Counted from the first letter of the stretch, positions 1 to 9,729 are shown. The stretch: DNA of 64,000 bases from an uncultured Gammaproteobacteria bacterium (GCA_963773585.1 CAVZBR010000001.1:366298-430297), one strand, 5' to 3'. Made by a program: numbers and translations. The notes: generated by a model from the letters alone, not told the origin.

Positions 1-356
1 CCTGGGCAACGGATTCGGCACGGTTTGCAGTCAAATGGCCGCGATACCGCGCTATCCGAGTGCAGCAAGCAAACCGGTGTTTCTGTTCGCTGCCGGGGCG
101 CCGGATACCGCGCCTTTCGAAGCGATTGACGTCTGACTGATGCCGGTCTTGCGTCTGCGTGGCGCTCCGCTAGAATTCGGAGCGTCAGGACTGACGCCGC
201 CGACTCTCATCGAGCCCTCCGGGGCCAGCCCTTTTTCAAGGGTGCCGTTGGATCCATACCGTCTGATTCGTTCCCTTTGTCCGCACCCGACGTTTGATGC
301 TTTAGCGCGTTTTGCCAGCGACACCGGCGGCTTTGGGAACGCAGGAGGGACGAGTC

Positions 357-626
357 ATGCTTAAGTTTGCAATCACCATCATCGCACTTTCGTTGCCGAT
401 GGCAGCGTTAGCCGCGGACAACGCAGCCACCAAGGATTCCCAGGCACGGTTCCGCAGTCTGGACAAGGATCACAACGGTTACATCAGTCACGACGAAGCG
501 CGTAACCATCGCGTGTTCGGTTACTACCAGCGCGCCGATCGCAACTCCGATGGTGCCTTGGATCAATCGGAGTTCAGCGCCTTCGAGCAGGAAGTTCCCG
601 GCACAGGACAGTCGCCGCAGAACTGA
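357..626 (+). CDS. secreted EF-hand calcium-binding protein
   Basis: Lies in ORF 312..626. ATG at 357 follows an AGGAGGGA RBS. N-terminal signal peptide MLKFAITIIALSLPMAALA. Two canonical EF-hand loops (DKDHNGYISHDE, DRNSDGALDQSE). Paralogous to 52797..53120 and 53353..53664 (shared ...DQSEFSAFE motif). Confidence 0.7.
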   Translation: MLKFAITIIALSLPMAALAADNAATKDSQARFRSLDKDHNGYISHDEARNHRVFGYYQRADRNSDGALDQSEFSAFEQEVPGTGQSPQN

Positions 627-678
627 GGCGGGATCTGCTCGCAACACGCCCGTTCCGGGCTAAGCAGGGCCGGGCGCC

Positions 679-2118
679 TTAGCGCCCGCGCTTTTTTCCG
701 AGCAGCGATCCCATCAAGCCGCGCACCAGTTGCCGACCGAGGCTGCTGCCGATGGAACGCATGGCACTGCTTGTCATCGCCTCCAGCATCGTCTGACGCT
801 GACCGGCTCGGGCGGTTGGTTGCGGCGCCACTTGCTGAGCGGCGCTCGCGGCCCGGCTCTTGAGCACTTCATAGGCCGACTCCCGGTCCAATGAATTGTC
901 ATAGCGTCCCGCCAAAGGCGAGCGGTGCAAATGTTCGCTGCGCTCCGCGGCGCTCAACGGACCGATACGGGATTCCGGCGGTGCAATCAGTACGCGTTCG
1001 ACCGGCGTCGGCGCGCCTTTCTCATCCAACACTGACACCAAGGCTTCGCCGACGCCGAGTTCGGTGATGACCTGTTCGGTATCCAGCGCCGGATTTTCGC
1101 GAAATGTTTGCGCCGCGGCGCGCACCGCTTTCCGGTCCCGGGGCGTAAACGCGCGCAGCGCGTGCTGCACACGATTGCCCAGTTGTCCCAGTACGCTGTC
1201 GGGTACGTCCAAAGGGTTTTGGGTGACGAAATAAATTCCCACACCTTTGGAACGAATCAAGCGCACGACTTGTTCGATGCGCTCGAGTAGTGCCGCGGGT
1301 GCTTGGTCGAACAACAAATGCGCCTCATCGAAAAAGAACACCAGTCGCGGCTTGTCGGGGTCCCCGATTTCCGGCAGGTCTTCGAACAGCTCGGCGATCA
1401 GCCACAGCAGAAAGATTGCATAGAGCTTCGGGTGCGACATCAAAGCCGTGGCATCGAGAATGCTGATGACGCCATTGCCGGAAAAATCCGTGCGCATCAG
1501 ATCGCCGAGGTCCAACGCCGGTTCGCCGAGGAAGGCTGCGCCGCCTTCCGAGTCCAGGGACAACAGGCCACGCTGGATGGCGCCGACACTGGCATTGCTG
1601 ATATTGCCGTACTCGCCGCTCATTGACTTGGTGTTGTCTCCTACCCAGCTCAGAAGCGCGCGTAGATCTTTGAGATCGAGCAACAGCAATCCCTGATCGT
1701 CGGCGATCCGGAATGCCGCCTGCAGCACGGCGGTCTGAGTAGCGTTGAGTTGCAGCAGGCTTGCGAACAGCAGCGGTCCGACATCGGAGACCGTGGTGCG
1801 CAGTGGGTGTCCCTGTTTCCCGTATAGATCCCAAAGCACCACGGGATAGGCCCGGGGCTGATAGCCGTCCATGGCCAACTGTTCGACGCGCGCATGGATG
1901 CGCTCACCGGCGGCGTTTGCCTGGGCCAGGCCCGAAAGGTCGCCTTTGACATCGGCCATGAATACCGGCACGCCGCTGCGCGAGAACGCCTCTGCCAGCA
2001 CCTGCAAAGTGACTGTTTTGCCGGTGCCGGTGGCGCCCGCGATCAGGCCGTGGCGATTGGCCATCCGCAGGCGCAGTTCCACCTTGCCGCTTTCATTTCC
2101 GCCCAGTGGTAACCCCAT
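679..2118 (-). CDS. HerA-like ATPase, DUF853 family (YjgR-like)
   Basis: ORF 679..2160. Walker A GATGTGKT inside the conserved [22 protein letters not shown] block typical of E. coli YjgR/DUF853. Start probably at MGLPLGG (2118). Confidence 0.75.
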   Translation of the reverse strand: MGLPLGGNESGKVELRLRMANRHGLIAGATGTGKTVTLQVLAEAFSRSGVPVFMADVKGDLSGLAQANAAGERIHARVEQLAMDGYQPRAYPVVLWDLYGKQGHPLRTTVSDVGPLLFASLLQLNATQTAVLQAAFRIADDQGLLLLDLKDLRALLSWVGDNTKSMSGEYGNISNASVGAIQRGLLSLDSEGGAAFLGEPALDLGDLMRTDFSGNGVISILDATALMSHPKLYAIFLLWLIAELFEDLPEIGDPDKPRLVFFFDEAHLLFDQAPAALLERIEQVVRLIRSKGVGIYFVTQNPLDVPDSVLGQLGNRVQHALRAFTPRDRKAVRAAAQTFRENPALDTEQVITELGVGEALVSVLDEKGAPTPVERVLIAPPESRIGPLSAAERSEHLHRSPLAGRYDNSLDRESAYEVLKSRAASAAQQVAPQPTARAGQRQTMLEAMTSSAMRSIGSSLGRQLVRGLMGSLLGKKRGR

Positions 2119-2202
2119 ATCGAACGACTCCCGGTTGGCGACGATTCCTTCAACGCGCACGCTTCCGGCAAGCCTAGTCCAAGCGCCCCCGAATCGACGG
2201 GC

Positions 2203-2236
2203 AAAAAAAAGCCCTCCGTCCCGGGGGGCGGAGGGC
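2203..2236 (-). terminator. Rho-independent terminator downstream of the chemoreceptor gene
   Basis: GC-rich hairpin gccctccg(2211-2218)/cggagggc(2229-2236). On the minus strand it is followed by an 8-nt U-run (the A8 run at 2203-2210 on the plus strand). Confidence 0.6.
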
Positions 2237-2253
2237 TTGGTCGGGCCTGGTCG

Positions 2254-3873
2254 TCAGACCTTGAACATGCTCGCCACTTCGTGCAGATGCTGGGCGACAC
2301 CAGCGAGGTTGACACTGCTCTGTGCCGATTCCGCGGAACTGGCAGCGCTCTCCTGACCGATCTGGTTGAGCCGCGCAATATTGTTGCTGATCTCTTCGGC
2401 CACCGCGCTTTGCTCCTCGGTGGCACTGGCGATCTGGGTGTTCATGTCATTGATCTGCTGCACCAGAGTGCGGATCTCGTTCAGTGCCACGGCCACCGAA
2501 TGTACCTGTTGGGCTCCCTGTTGCCCGGACTGCTGGGCGGTGTTCATCGCTTCGACGGCGCTGACCGAGCCGTTTTGCAGTTTCTCGATGATTTCGCGGA
2601 TCTCTTCGGTGGACTGCTGGGTGCGACCTGCGAGCGTGCGCACTTCGTCAGCGACCACGGCGAATCCGCGGCCTTGTTCGCCGGCGCGGGCGGCTTCGAT
2701 CGCCGCGTTCAAGGCCAGCAGGTTGGTCTGTTCCGCGATACCGCGGATGACTTCCAGAACGCTGCCGACCTGATCGGCGTCTTCGTTCAAGCGGTTGATG
2801 ACAGTCGCGGTATCCTCAATGCGGGTGACCAGGGTATTGATGTCCTTGACCGCCTGCTCGGTGGTGGAATGACCGCTTCGGGCCGAATCGTTCGCTTTCT
2901 GCGCCGCCTCGGCGGCGTTGGCTGTATTGCGCGCGACCTCGTGCACCGTGGAGGCCATCTCGGTGATGGCGGCAGCGACCGCACTGGTCTCGTGTTGTTG
3001 ATGCTCGATTCGGGATTCCGACTCCTGCATCATCACCGTCAATTCGCCTGCGGAACCGGAAAGGGTCTGGCTCGACTCGACCATGTCCTGCACCATGGCG
3101 CGCAACTTGCCCGTGAACTGATTGATGCCGGCGAGCAAAGCGGAGATCTCGTCTTGATTCGGCACCGGCAGTTGTACGGTGAGATCGCCTTCGCCACTGG
3201 CCAATTCGCGCATGAGACTGCTGCCATCGCGCAGCGGCTTGATGACCAGCTTGCGGAACAGCAGCATCAGCACGGCGATGACCAGAACCAGGGTCGCAAA
3301 CGCTGCGCTCAGATTGACGAACAGCAATTCGGAACCGACCTGTTCGCGTTTGTGGGTGATATCCGCGGCGAGTTTATCGATTTCGGCTTGGTTGGACTTT
3401 TCAAACGCCTCGTAGTCTGTTTTGGAGATGCCCACCGCGACTTTGCCGATGGTCTTGTCCTTTGATACCACATCGTAAGTCTTCTCGATCGAATTCGAGC
3501 GATCGGGTTGGGAGTCGGATTGCACCAACGGTGTCTTGCCGCCGGCGCCCAGGAACAACACATAGGCGATGCCGTTGGACTTGGCGTTCTTCTGTTGATT
3601 GGCCAACGCATCCTGGTCGTCGAAGAGAATGGGACCGACTGCCGATTTGCTCAGAAACTCGCCGATCAGATCGGCGCGCGCCTGGAGGGAATTCATGCGT
3701 TCCCGCTGCGCCACGATTTGCTCTTCGTGCAGGCGCTGCAAGGTGTCCGCCTGCTGTTCTTCCAGCTTGGCGCCGCTGCGGGAGTGGATCACCAACATGC
3801 CCACGCCCTGCGCGGCGAGCATGATCGCCAGCAATGGAATCATGAATTTGTATGCCAATCCCAGGTTCTTCAT
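2254..3873 (-). CDS. methyl-accepting chemotaxis protein (HAMP + MCP signalling domain)
   Basis: 539 aa. N-terminal TM, periplasmic sensor region, second TM, HAMP, and highly conserved MCP signalling core (..[35 protein letters not shown]..). Confidence 0.9.
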   Translation of the reverse strand: MKNLGLAYKFMIPLLAIMLAAQGVGMLVIHSRSGAKLEEQQADTLQRLHEEQIVAQRERMNSLQARADLIGEFLSKSAVGPILFDDQDALANQQKNAKSNGIAYVLFLGAGGKTPLVQSDSQPDRSNSIEKTYDVVSKDKTIGKVAVGISKTDYEAFEKSNQAEIDKLAADITHKREQVGSELLFVNLSAAFATLVLVIAVLMLLFRKLVIKPLRDGSSLMRELASGEGDLTVQLPVPNQDEISALLAGINQFTGKLRAMVQDMVESSQTLSGSAGELTVMMQESESRIEHQQHETSAVAAAITEMASTVHEVARNTANAAEAAQKANDSARSGHSTTEQAVKDINTLVTRIEDTATVINRLNEDADQVGSVLEVIRGIAEQTNLLALNAAIEAARAGEQGRGFAVVADEVRTLAGRTQQSTEEIREIIEKLQNGSVSAVEAMNTAQQSGQQGAQQVHSVAVALNEIRTLVQQINDMNTQIASATEEQSAVAEEISNNIARLNQIGQESAASSAESAQSSVNLAGVAQHLHEVASMFKV

Positions 3874-4011
3874 GTTTCTATCCTTCGTAGTTCGCTTGTG
3901 GTCCAGCTTCGTGCGCCCCTGCCCGATCAGATTCGCCTGTAGCGTTCGCGATCGGCCCGCCCCATACGCATCCCTGCGGTCAGACCACGCGCCTTGTGTC
4001 GCATCAGCGGA

Positions 4012-4314
4012 TCACTTGGCCGCGAGCTTGCGGCTGCAATATTTGAGCGCTGCCTTGTGCATGGCATCCGGGCTGCTGTACAGACCTTCGTCGACGGCGC
4101 GAATCAACATCGGATAGATGTTCGCTTCGTCGCTCGCGCCCCTCATCGCTTTTTTGGTCGACTCATAAGCCGCTTCGTTTTTTGCTGCTTTGGCGGCATA
4201 AAGGTCGGATGCGCGGTTGGCGGCGGTTTCGCAGTCAATGGCGTGGGCCGCGCCGGCTGCAACTACCATTGCAATGCCGCACGCGAGGTTGGTCAGTGCA
4301 GTGCGAGTCTTCAT
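4012..4314 (-). CDS. small secreted hypothetical protein
   Basis: Internal ATG (MKTRTALTNLACGIAMVVAAGAAHA signal peptide) at 4314, preceded by a GAGGGGGAA RBS. 100 aa. No recognisable family. Confidence 0.5.
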   Translation of the reverse strand: MKTRTALTNLACGIAMVVAAGAAHAIDCETAANRASDLYAAKAAKNEAAYESTKKAMRGASDEANIYPMLIRAVDEGLYSSPDAMHKAALKYCSRKLAAK

Positions 4315-4571
4315 CGCAAGTTCCCCCTCATCAGGTGCCGATTGGTATCGGGCCACTGCCGCCGGACGACGTCCGGCCACCGAACAGCGGCGTTCTGCCC
4401 GACATATCGGCAATTTCCATATTGACTTGAGCGAAACCATGGGGTAGAGCCGCAGCGAGCGGGAACCCAACCATGAGTATTTTCTTATATGCAGCAATGC
4501 TGTTTCGATCTGCTTGCCAGACGACAGTGCGTGCAGCACTATCGAACGCGGTCCGGCAGCGGAGATCACCC

Positions 4572-5000
4572 ATGGAGTTCTATGCCATCGCGCGTGCCGC
4601 CGCGCCGGCGTCGCTCTTGCAGCGCTACGTAACGGTCGGAAATCTTGCGCGTCTGTGCCCATCCATCGACAGGGTGCTGGCCGATGAAGGCGAACGCGGC
4701 GAGATCTATTGCGCCTGGGGTCAGTTCCGGATCACCCGTGAGGTGCTGCGTCACGGCGTGCGGTTTTCCCTGCCAAGCTGCGAGAGCGCACTGCAGTGGA
4801 GCATTACCGCGGCACGTCAGGAGACGGGTTGCGTGTTGGTCCATCTGGTTCTGAACCGCCGCGAGCTCGAGCCGGAATTCATCGAGGTATTGGAGCGGTT
4901 CGTGGACGACTGGCGTCTCGGGTTGGAGACGGAGCTGACCCAGCTGCGGGCCGCTTCCGCGCCGAAGCCGGGTCCGGCATGTATGCCCTGGTACGGATGA
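4572..5000 (+). CDS. hypothetical protein (uncertain)
   Basis: ATG at 4572 with GGAG 8 nt upstream. 142 aa with non-repetitive composition. Overlaps an R-rich antisense ORF judged to be an artefact. Region looks partly degraded. Confidence 0.3.
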   Translation: MEFYAIARAAAPASLLQRYVTVGNLARLCPSIDRVLADEGERGEIYCAWGQFRITREVLRHGVRFSLPSCESALQWSITAARQETGCVLVHLVLNRRELEPEFIEVLERFVDDWRLGLETELTQLRAASAPKPGPACMPWYG

Positions 5001-5035
5001 TCGATCGACATACTTTGCGCTAGCGACGTCCGCCG

Positions 5036-5720
5036 CTACGGCGTAAAGGCGATCCCACGCCGCCCACCTGCGTTTGAGCAATGCTTCTGGTATCCGGTCT
5101 TGGCAATCGAGACGATACCGAGCAATGCCGGCGCGCCAAGTTCGCGCGCTACGCGCAGTTCGGCCGAGATCCACCAGTAACCTCTCCCCGGGGACCTGGA
5201 GCCGGGCGCGCATAGCAGGATGTCTAAGCCGGGACATTGCGGTGACCCATTCCGGTTTAATGGTCTTGCCTCCGCGAACCTCCCACCAGACCAACAATAA
5301 ACCCATTGAATCCAAGCGCATCGACCCACTACGTGCCGCGTCACTAATTTCCCTGAGGCAACCACCTTTACACGCTCGCGCAATCCATATTCGCACAGCT
5401 TGTTCACCAGTAACGGAAAGCTCTCGCGCAAGGGCAAGCCCATATCAGCGACCAGCGGCATAGGGGCGGCGCCGGTGCCGCGGTCGGCACCATCTACGGT
5501 GGCGAAATCCGGGACGGATTCGACGCCGTGCTGGGACCTGATTGCGAGAAAGGCATCCAGTCAGCCGTATGCCACAGCGCGATGGAAGTGTCTTCTACAT
5601 AGATACTTGCGACCAGCGTCCGAAACGGCCCACGGGCTCTTTGTCGCCCGCAGATAGGTAAAAATACCTGGTCGAATAGAACACGTGCCAGTCCGAGATC
5701 CAATCTCCAGCTCTCCAAAT
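5036..5720 (-). pseudogene. remnant of FMN-binding glutamate-synthase-family (GltB domain 2-like) gene, frameshifted and truncated
   Basis: ORF 5036..5461 translates to ..GLPLRESFPLLVNKLCEYGLRERVKVVASGKLVTRHVV.., matching the conserved ..GLPwElGLaEthqtLvenGLRdRVrLrvDGGlkTGrDVv.. block of GltB-like proteins. The upstream motif (reverse complement of 5461-5500 gives DGADRGTGA, cf. GHDGGTGAS) is in a different frame. The downstream CHTNNCPVG region is unrecognisable. Confidence 0.5.
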
Positions 5721-5721
5721 C

Positions 5722-5816
5722 ACGTGTTAACGCGTATTTACGGTTTTATGCAGCAAGAATAGCGTTAAGGGCGAAATCAATTTGACGTTAGTCAGGCGTG
5801 TATTCAGAACGCGTTA
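5722..5816. promoter_or_regulatory. cluster of repeated ACGCGTTA-like motifs / imperfect palindrome upstream of the alkB-like gene
   Basis: acgtgttaacgcgta (5722-5736, palindromic around gttaac), gcgtta (5762-5767), acgtta (5785-5790) and acgcgtta (5809-5816) all fall within 100 bp upstream of the alkB-like start. Confidence 0.3.
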
Positions 5817-5881
5817 TGTCAGAGACCCGTTAGGGCGACTCGAAGCGCTATTCAACATTTGTACGGCTGGAGGTGATCGAC

Positions 5882-7036
5882 ATGAAGAAGTTTCTAGTCA
5901 ACGCGCGGTACTGGTTCGCGCCAATCCTGATCCTTGCATCGATGGTCGGCGTATTGGTAGGCGGCATGTTTTCGTGGTATGGGGTGCTGTTACTTGGCGT
6001 CGGTATCGTGATCGACACATTGCTCCGTTTTCAGACACCCGGGGCCGGTTACGACGATAACGGCGAAACCATGGGTATACCGTGGCTGCAGAATAGCGTC
6101 ATGTACTCGATGCTCGGTGTATTTGTGCTGCTGCAGGTGTCTCTGGCCTGGCGCATTTACCAATATGTCAACGGCGTGCCGATCAGCCAAGGGTTTGACC
6201 ACATGCTGTTCGGCATCCTGCCTTATCAGAACGGAATTTCAGGACTGAACCTGATCGGTGCCACTATATCGACCGGGATCTTCGCCGGTATCGGCATCAT
6301 CTATGGTCATGAACTGGCTCATACCAAAGGCGTTACTTTTGTCATCTCCCGGTGGATGATGGCGCTAAGCGGAAAAGCGCATTTCAGCTACGCGCACGTA
6401 TACAACCACCATCTTGAGCTTGGCCATGAGGACGATCCGGCAACGTCGCCTCGTGGTCGCAGCCTCTGGCAGCACTACCCGCTGGCGGGCATCGGCCAAT
6501 CGCGTTTCCTGTACCGCATGGAAAAGCAACGCCTCGAACGTCGCGGAAAGCCTTTCCTGACTTGGGAAAACCGCTGGCTGCGCGGATATGCCATGAGTTT
6601 GCCGACGCTGTTTTTGTTCTGGTATGCCGGAGCGTGGGTCGGAATCGGATGTCTTGCCATCGTCTGGTTTATCTCCAACTTCGAACTCGAAGCGCTCAAC
6701 TACATGGAGCACTACGGTTTGATCCGGGAAAAAGGTCAGCCCATCGACTACCGGCATTCCTGGGACAATTCCACGGCGTTTACAAGCTGGTTCTTCATCG
6801 AAATCGGTCGTCAGGCGGATCATCACGACCGTGGCGAAACCCACTTTTGGGAATTGGACGAAGTAGGTGCGCCCAACGTCGGTTGGGGCTACTTCACACT
6901 GTTCGCCGTGGCGCTGATGCCGCCGCTTTACCACGCCTACTACAAGAAGGAACTGGCGAGATGGGACGAACAATTTGCATCGGAAGGTGAGCGCCAGATC
7001 GCGGAACGCATCAATCGTCAGGTCGGTTACGCGTAA
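5882..7036 (+). CDS. alkB: AlkB-family integral-membrane di-iron alkane 1-monooxygenase / hydrocarbon hydroxylase
   Basis: ATG 5882 (alternative GTG 5873) with GGAGGTG RBS. Multiple TM helices. Histidine boxes HELAH, HVYNHHLELGHEDDPATSPRG, NYMEHYGL and RQADHH match the AlkB boxes (HELGHK, EHNRGHH..TPEDPATS, NYIEHYGL, LQRHSDHH). Confidence 0.85.
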   Translation: MKKFLVNARYWFAPILILASMVGVLVGGMFSWYGVLLLGVGIVIDTLLRFQTPGAGYDDNGETMGIPWLQNSVMYSMLGVFVLLQVSLAWRIYQYVNGVPISQGFDHMLFGILPYQNGISGLNLIGATISTGIFAGIGIIYGHELAHTKGVTFVISRWMMALSGKAHFSYAHVYNHHLELGHEDDPATSPRGRSLWQHYPLAGIGQSRFLYRMEKQRLERRGKPFLTWENRWLRGYAMSLPTLFLFWYAGAWVGIGCLAIVWFISNFELEALNYMEHYGLIREKGQPIDYRHSWDNSTAFTSWFFIEIGRQADHHDRGETHFWELDEVGAPNVGWGYFTLFAVALMPPLYHAYYKKELARWDEQFASEGERQIAERINRQVGYA

Positions 7037-7137
7037 ACGATCTTGTGTCGTGTGAGTGTACGCAAAGAGGGCGCCCCCTCGGGGAGGGGGCGGCGTTACC
7101 CGGATAGTCAAAGTCTACCCAAAGGAAGCATAAAACA

Positions 7138-7500
7138 ATGAACGAACAGACTCTTTACGAAAGGCTTGGTGGTTCGAAAGGCATTGCCGCAATAACGGAA
7201 GATATATGGTCGAATCATACCCAGAATCCGCTGGTCAGTAACCGATACGTGAATTCAGATCCGGAGAATGTCAAGCGATTGGTGCGTGAGATGTTTTGTG
7301 CGGGTACCGGCGGTACAGAGACATATACCGGCAAAGACATGCTGAGCGCACATACCGGAATGAATATCAACGATCAGGAGTTCAACGCAGTAATCGACGA
7401 TGTTTTAAAAGCGTTGAAATTGAACGATATCGGCAAGCGGGAAAGCGATGAGGTCCTGGCCATCCTGTGGTCGATGAAAGGCGAAATCGTTGGAGTTTGA
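7138..7500 (+). CDS. group-I truncated hemoglobin (trHbN-like)
   Basis: 120 aa beginning MNEQTLYERLGGSKGIAAITEDIWSNH, the typical trHb N-terminus. Length matches 2/2 hemoglobins. AAAGGAAGC RBS region upstream. Confidence 0.75.
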   Translation: MNEQTLYERLGGSKGIAAITEDIWSNHTQNPLVSNRYVNSDPENVKRLVREMFCAGTGGTETYTGKDMLSAHTGMNINDQEFNAVIDDVLKALKLNDIGKRESDEVLAILWSMKGEIVGV

Positions 7501-7543
7501 GAGTATTTGAGTCATCAGCCGATCTAGTGAAGGAGAAAAGGCT

Positions 7544-7726
7544 ATGAAAGTCACTTGGGATGAGAAGGTCTGTATCCATGCCGGGAAGTGTGTGGAAGGA
7601 AGTCCGGAAGTATTCAAAATTGAAAACGGAAAATTCGCGATCCATTTGGACGCCGGTGACGAGAATCAAGTTCGCTCCACGGTAGCGGCCTGTCCATCTG
7701 GTGCGTTGCAGATCCAAGAGCACTGA
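7544..7726 (+). CDS. small mono-cluster ferredoxin (divergent 4Fe-4S/3Fe-4S, Fer4_19-like)
   Basis: 60 aa. Cys at KVCIHAGKC and AACPSG (three Cys). AAGGAGAAAAGGCT RBS. Positioned between the monooxygenase and its reductase. Confidence 0.6.
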   Translation: MKVTWDEKVCIHAGKCVEGSPEVFKIENGKFAIHLDAGDENQVRSTVAACPSGALQIQEH

Positions 7727-7829
7727 ACAGCGCAATGTTCGGAACGTATTAAAGAACGGGTGCAAGCCGGTTTTCGAGCGAAAACAAGCCGGCGATGTAA
7801 CCAGCGAGATCTTGATCGAGGAGAACAGC

Positions 7830-8516
7830 ATGTTAGGCGATCGCTTGCAGAACAAAATGAAACTATACGGCAACCCGGCATGCCTGAATACAGCGAAGTG
7901 CTTGTTCACGGCTGCTGAAAAGGGCGTTGATATTGAGTCCCATTACGTGGGGCCAGACGGTCAGGGGGACGCAGCAGAAGCCGCGGTACTTTCGCCGCAC
8001 GGATCTCTTCCGGTACTCAGAGACGTGGACTTCGTTGTCTATGGTACCAATGCAATCATGTCGTATCTCGATGACAAAGGCTTCGGTCCTTCGCTGATTC
8101 CTCGGAACGCGACGGTGCGTACCGTCATGTATCAGTGGATTCACATCGCGTCTGAGTTGGCACAACCCGACGTCGCAGCCCTTATCAGTGGTGGCGGCAA
8201 TACCGATCTCGTTTCACATTGGTTCAGCGCGCTCAATGCGCACCTCGAGTCTAAGACCAAGGACGTCGCGCTGCGCGGAGACTATATCTGCGGCGCTTTC
8301 AGCCTCGCCGACATTCATTGGGCTGCCCTTGCGCAAGGTTGCGTACTTGCCGGCGCCGTCGACATCTTGAACTCGCAAGCGCAGGTGAAGAATTGGTGGC
8401 GTTTGATCAAAGAACATCCGAGTACGAGCAAAGAGAAAATCACGGCCTATGACATATTGCCAACTGCTAATGACATAAAGGGAAATAATCTTAGAGGCAT
8501 ACAGATAAACGCCTGA
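7830..8516 (+). CDS. glutathione S-transferase-like protein (paralog 1 of 3)
   Basis: GAGGAG RBS then ATG 7830. Thioredoxin-like N-domain (MKLYGNPACLNTAKCLFTAAEKGVDIE.., ..GSLPVLRDVDFVVYGTNAIMSYL) plus a helical C-domain. Paralogous to 9959..10672 and 10732..11523. Confidence 0.75.
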   Translation: MLGDRLQNKMKLYGNPACLNTAKCLFTAAEKGVDIESHYVGPDGQGDAAEAAVLSPHGSLPVLRDVDFVVYGTNAIMSYLDDKGFGPSLIPRNATVRTVMYQWIHIASELAQPDVAALISGGGNTDLVSHWFSALNAHLESKTKDVALRGDYICGAFSLADIHWAALAQGCVLAGAVDILNSQAQVKNWWRLIKEHPSTSKEKITAYDILPTANDIKGNNLRGIQINA

Positions 8517-8559
8517 AGTGTGCAATCGGCCCAGGCCGACCGACAGGAGTGATCGCCGG

Positions 8560-9645
8560 ATGTTCGGAGTATTCAAAAAGACCAAGCAGGCCTGGGCCGC
8601 GGAGGTTACTCCTTCCGGCAAGTCGATCACGGTGAAGGCGGGACAAAATCTGCTGAAGGCCGCATTGGACGCCGGGCTGCGGTGGCCCCACGACTGCCGA
8701 GTCGGCAGCTGCGGAACGTGCCGTTGCAAACTGAAGCAGGGGAAGGTGAAAGAGCTGTCTGACTTCGCTTATGTCCTGTCCCAGGAAGACCTGCAGTCGG
8801 GGATGATCCTTGCTTGTCAGTCTGCTTTGCGCAGCGATGTTTCGGTGGAAGTCGAGTTGCTGGAAGAAACGGCGCAAACCGTCAGCGTCACCTCGCACAA
8901 AGCCGTCATAGAGAGGGTAAACCCATTGACCCACGATATTGTCGAGTTGGTGATCAAGGCCGCTGACCAGTTTCCCCGTACGGCTGTAGCCGGACAATAC
9001 GCAGAACTGGAGATCGACGGTATCGCTGCGCCGAGGTCCTATTCGTTTGCCAAGGCCCCGGAGAACGAGTCCGATCACGAGATCACATTTTTCGTGCGTC
9101 GGGTTCCAGGCGGGGAGTGTACGGAGTGGTTGTTCAGCGAGGACCGGGCTGGAGAGCCCGTGACGGTCACCGGCCCCTACGGATCGTTCTGGTTGCGCCC
9201 TGGGAATTCACCGATCGTTTGCGTCGCAGGTGGCAGCGGCATGGCGCCCATCAAAGCGCTATTGGAAAGTGCGCTCAACAACGGCGCAAACAGGGACGTA
9301 TTGTTTCTGTTCGGGGCGCGCACGCAAAAGGATTTGTACTGTCTGGACGTCATGGACAGGCTACGTCAGGGTTGGAAGGGGAACTTCGAATTTGTGCCAG
9401 TTCTTTCCGAAGAGCCGGAAGACTCCGATTGGACAGGCGCTACGGGCTTTGTCACACACTATTTGGAAAGCGCATATATCGAGACGGGCAAGGTGGACGT
9501 GAAGAAAAGTCAGGGTTATTTGTGCGGGCCGCCGGCAATGGTTGACGCGGGCCAAGCTCTTCTGAGTTCCGCCGGAATGGCGAAGGAAGATATCCACTTC
9601 GACAAGTTTCTGGACGCGGCGACGATGCCCGCAGGCAGGAAATAG
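8560..9645 (+). CDS. XylA-type electron-transfer component: N-terminal plant-type [2Fe-2S] ferredoxin fused to FAD/NAD(P)H ferredoxin reductase
   Basis: ORF 8518..9645. ATG 8560 after CAGGAGTGA. CRVGSCGTCRC...LACQ 2Fe-2S motif, RSYSFA flavin-binding motif and GGSGMAPI NAD-binding motif. Confidence 0.85.
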   Translation: MFGVFKKTKQAWAAEVTPSGKSITVKAGQNLLKAALDAGLRWPHDCRVGSCGTCRCKLKQGKVKELSDFAYVLSQEDLQSGMILACQSALRSDVSVEVELLEETAQTVSVTSHKAVIERVNPLTHDIVELVIKAADQFPRTAVAGQYAELEIDGIAAPRSYSFAKAPENESDHEITFFVRRVPGGECTEWLFSEDRAGEPVTVTGPYGSFWLRPGNSPIVCVAGGSGMAPIKALLESALNNGANRDVLFLFGARTQKDLYCLDVMDRLRQGWKGNFEFVPVLSEEPEDSDWTGATGFVTHYLESAYIETGKVDVKKSQGYLCGPPAMVDAGQALLSSAGMAKEDIHFDKFLDAATMPAGRK

Positions 9646-9729
9646 AGTTTTCAGCAAGACGCGGCATTTGGAGTCTGAGGTCCCGGATGTATTCGGACTA
9701 GCAACGATTGTTTATTAGGAGATCAGAAC

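Noticed and set aside
1-356. Possible structured ncRNA or terminator in the first 350 nt (several short hairpins, for example gctccg..cggagc and gtcag..ctgac, and a T5 run near 238)
   Set aside because: No match to tRNA, tmRNA, RNase P or 6S signatures that I can recognise. The hairpins are short and such structure is expected by chance in GC-rich DNA. The 52..324 minus ORF is Arg/Gly-rich noise.
2281-3465. 394-aa plus-strand ORF antisense to the MCP gene
   Set aside because: It lies entirely inside a well-supported MCP gene on the other strand. Composition is Gly/Ala/Arg/Leu-rich with no motifs. This is a classic antisense artefact of a GC-rich genome.
4566-5396. 276-aa minus-strand ORF
   Set aside because: Arg/Gly/Ala/Pro-rich low-complexity translation typical of an out-of-frame reading of high-GC DNA. 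It overlaps the more gene-like plus-strand ORF and the degraded GltB-like remnant.
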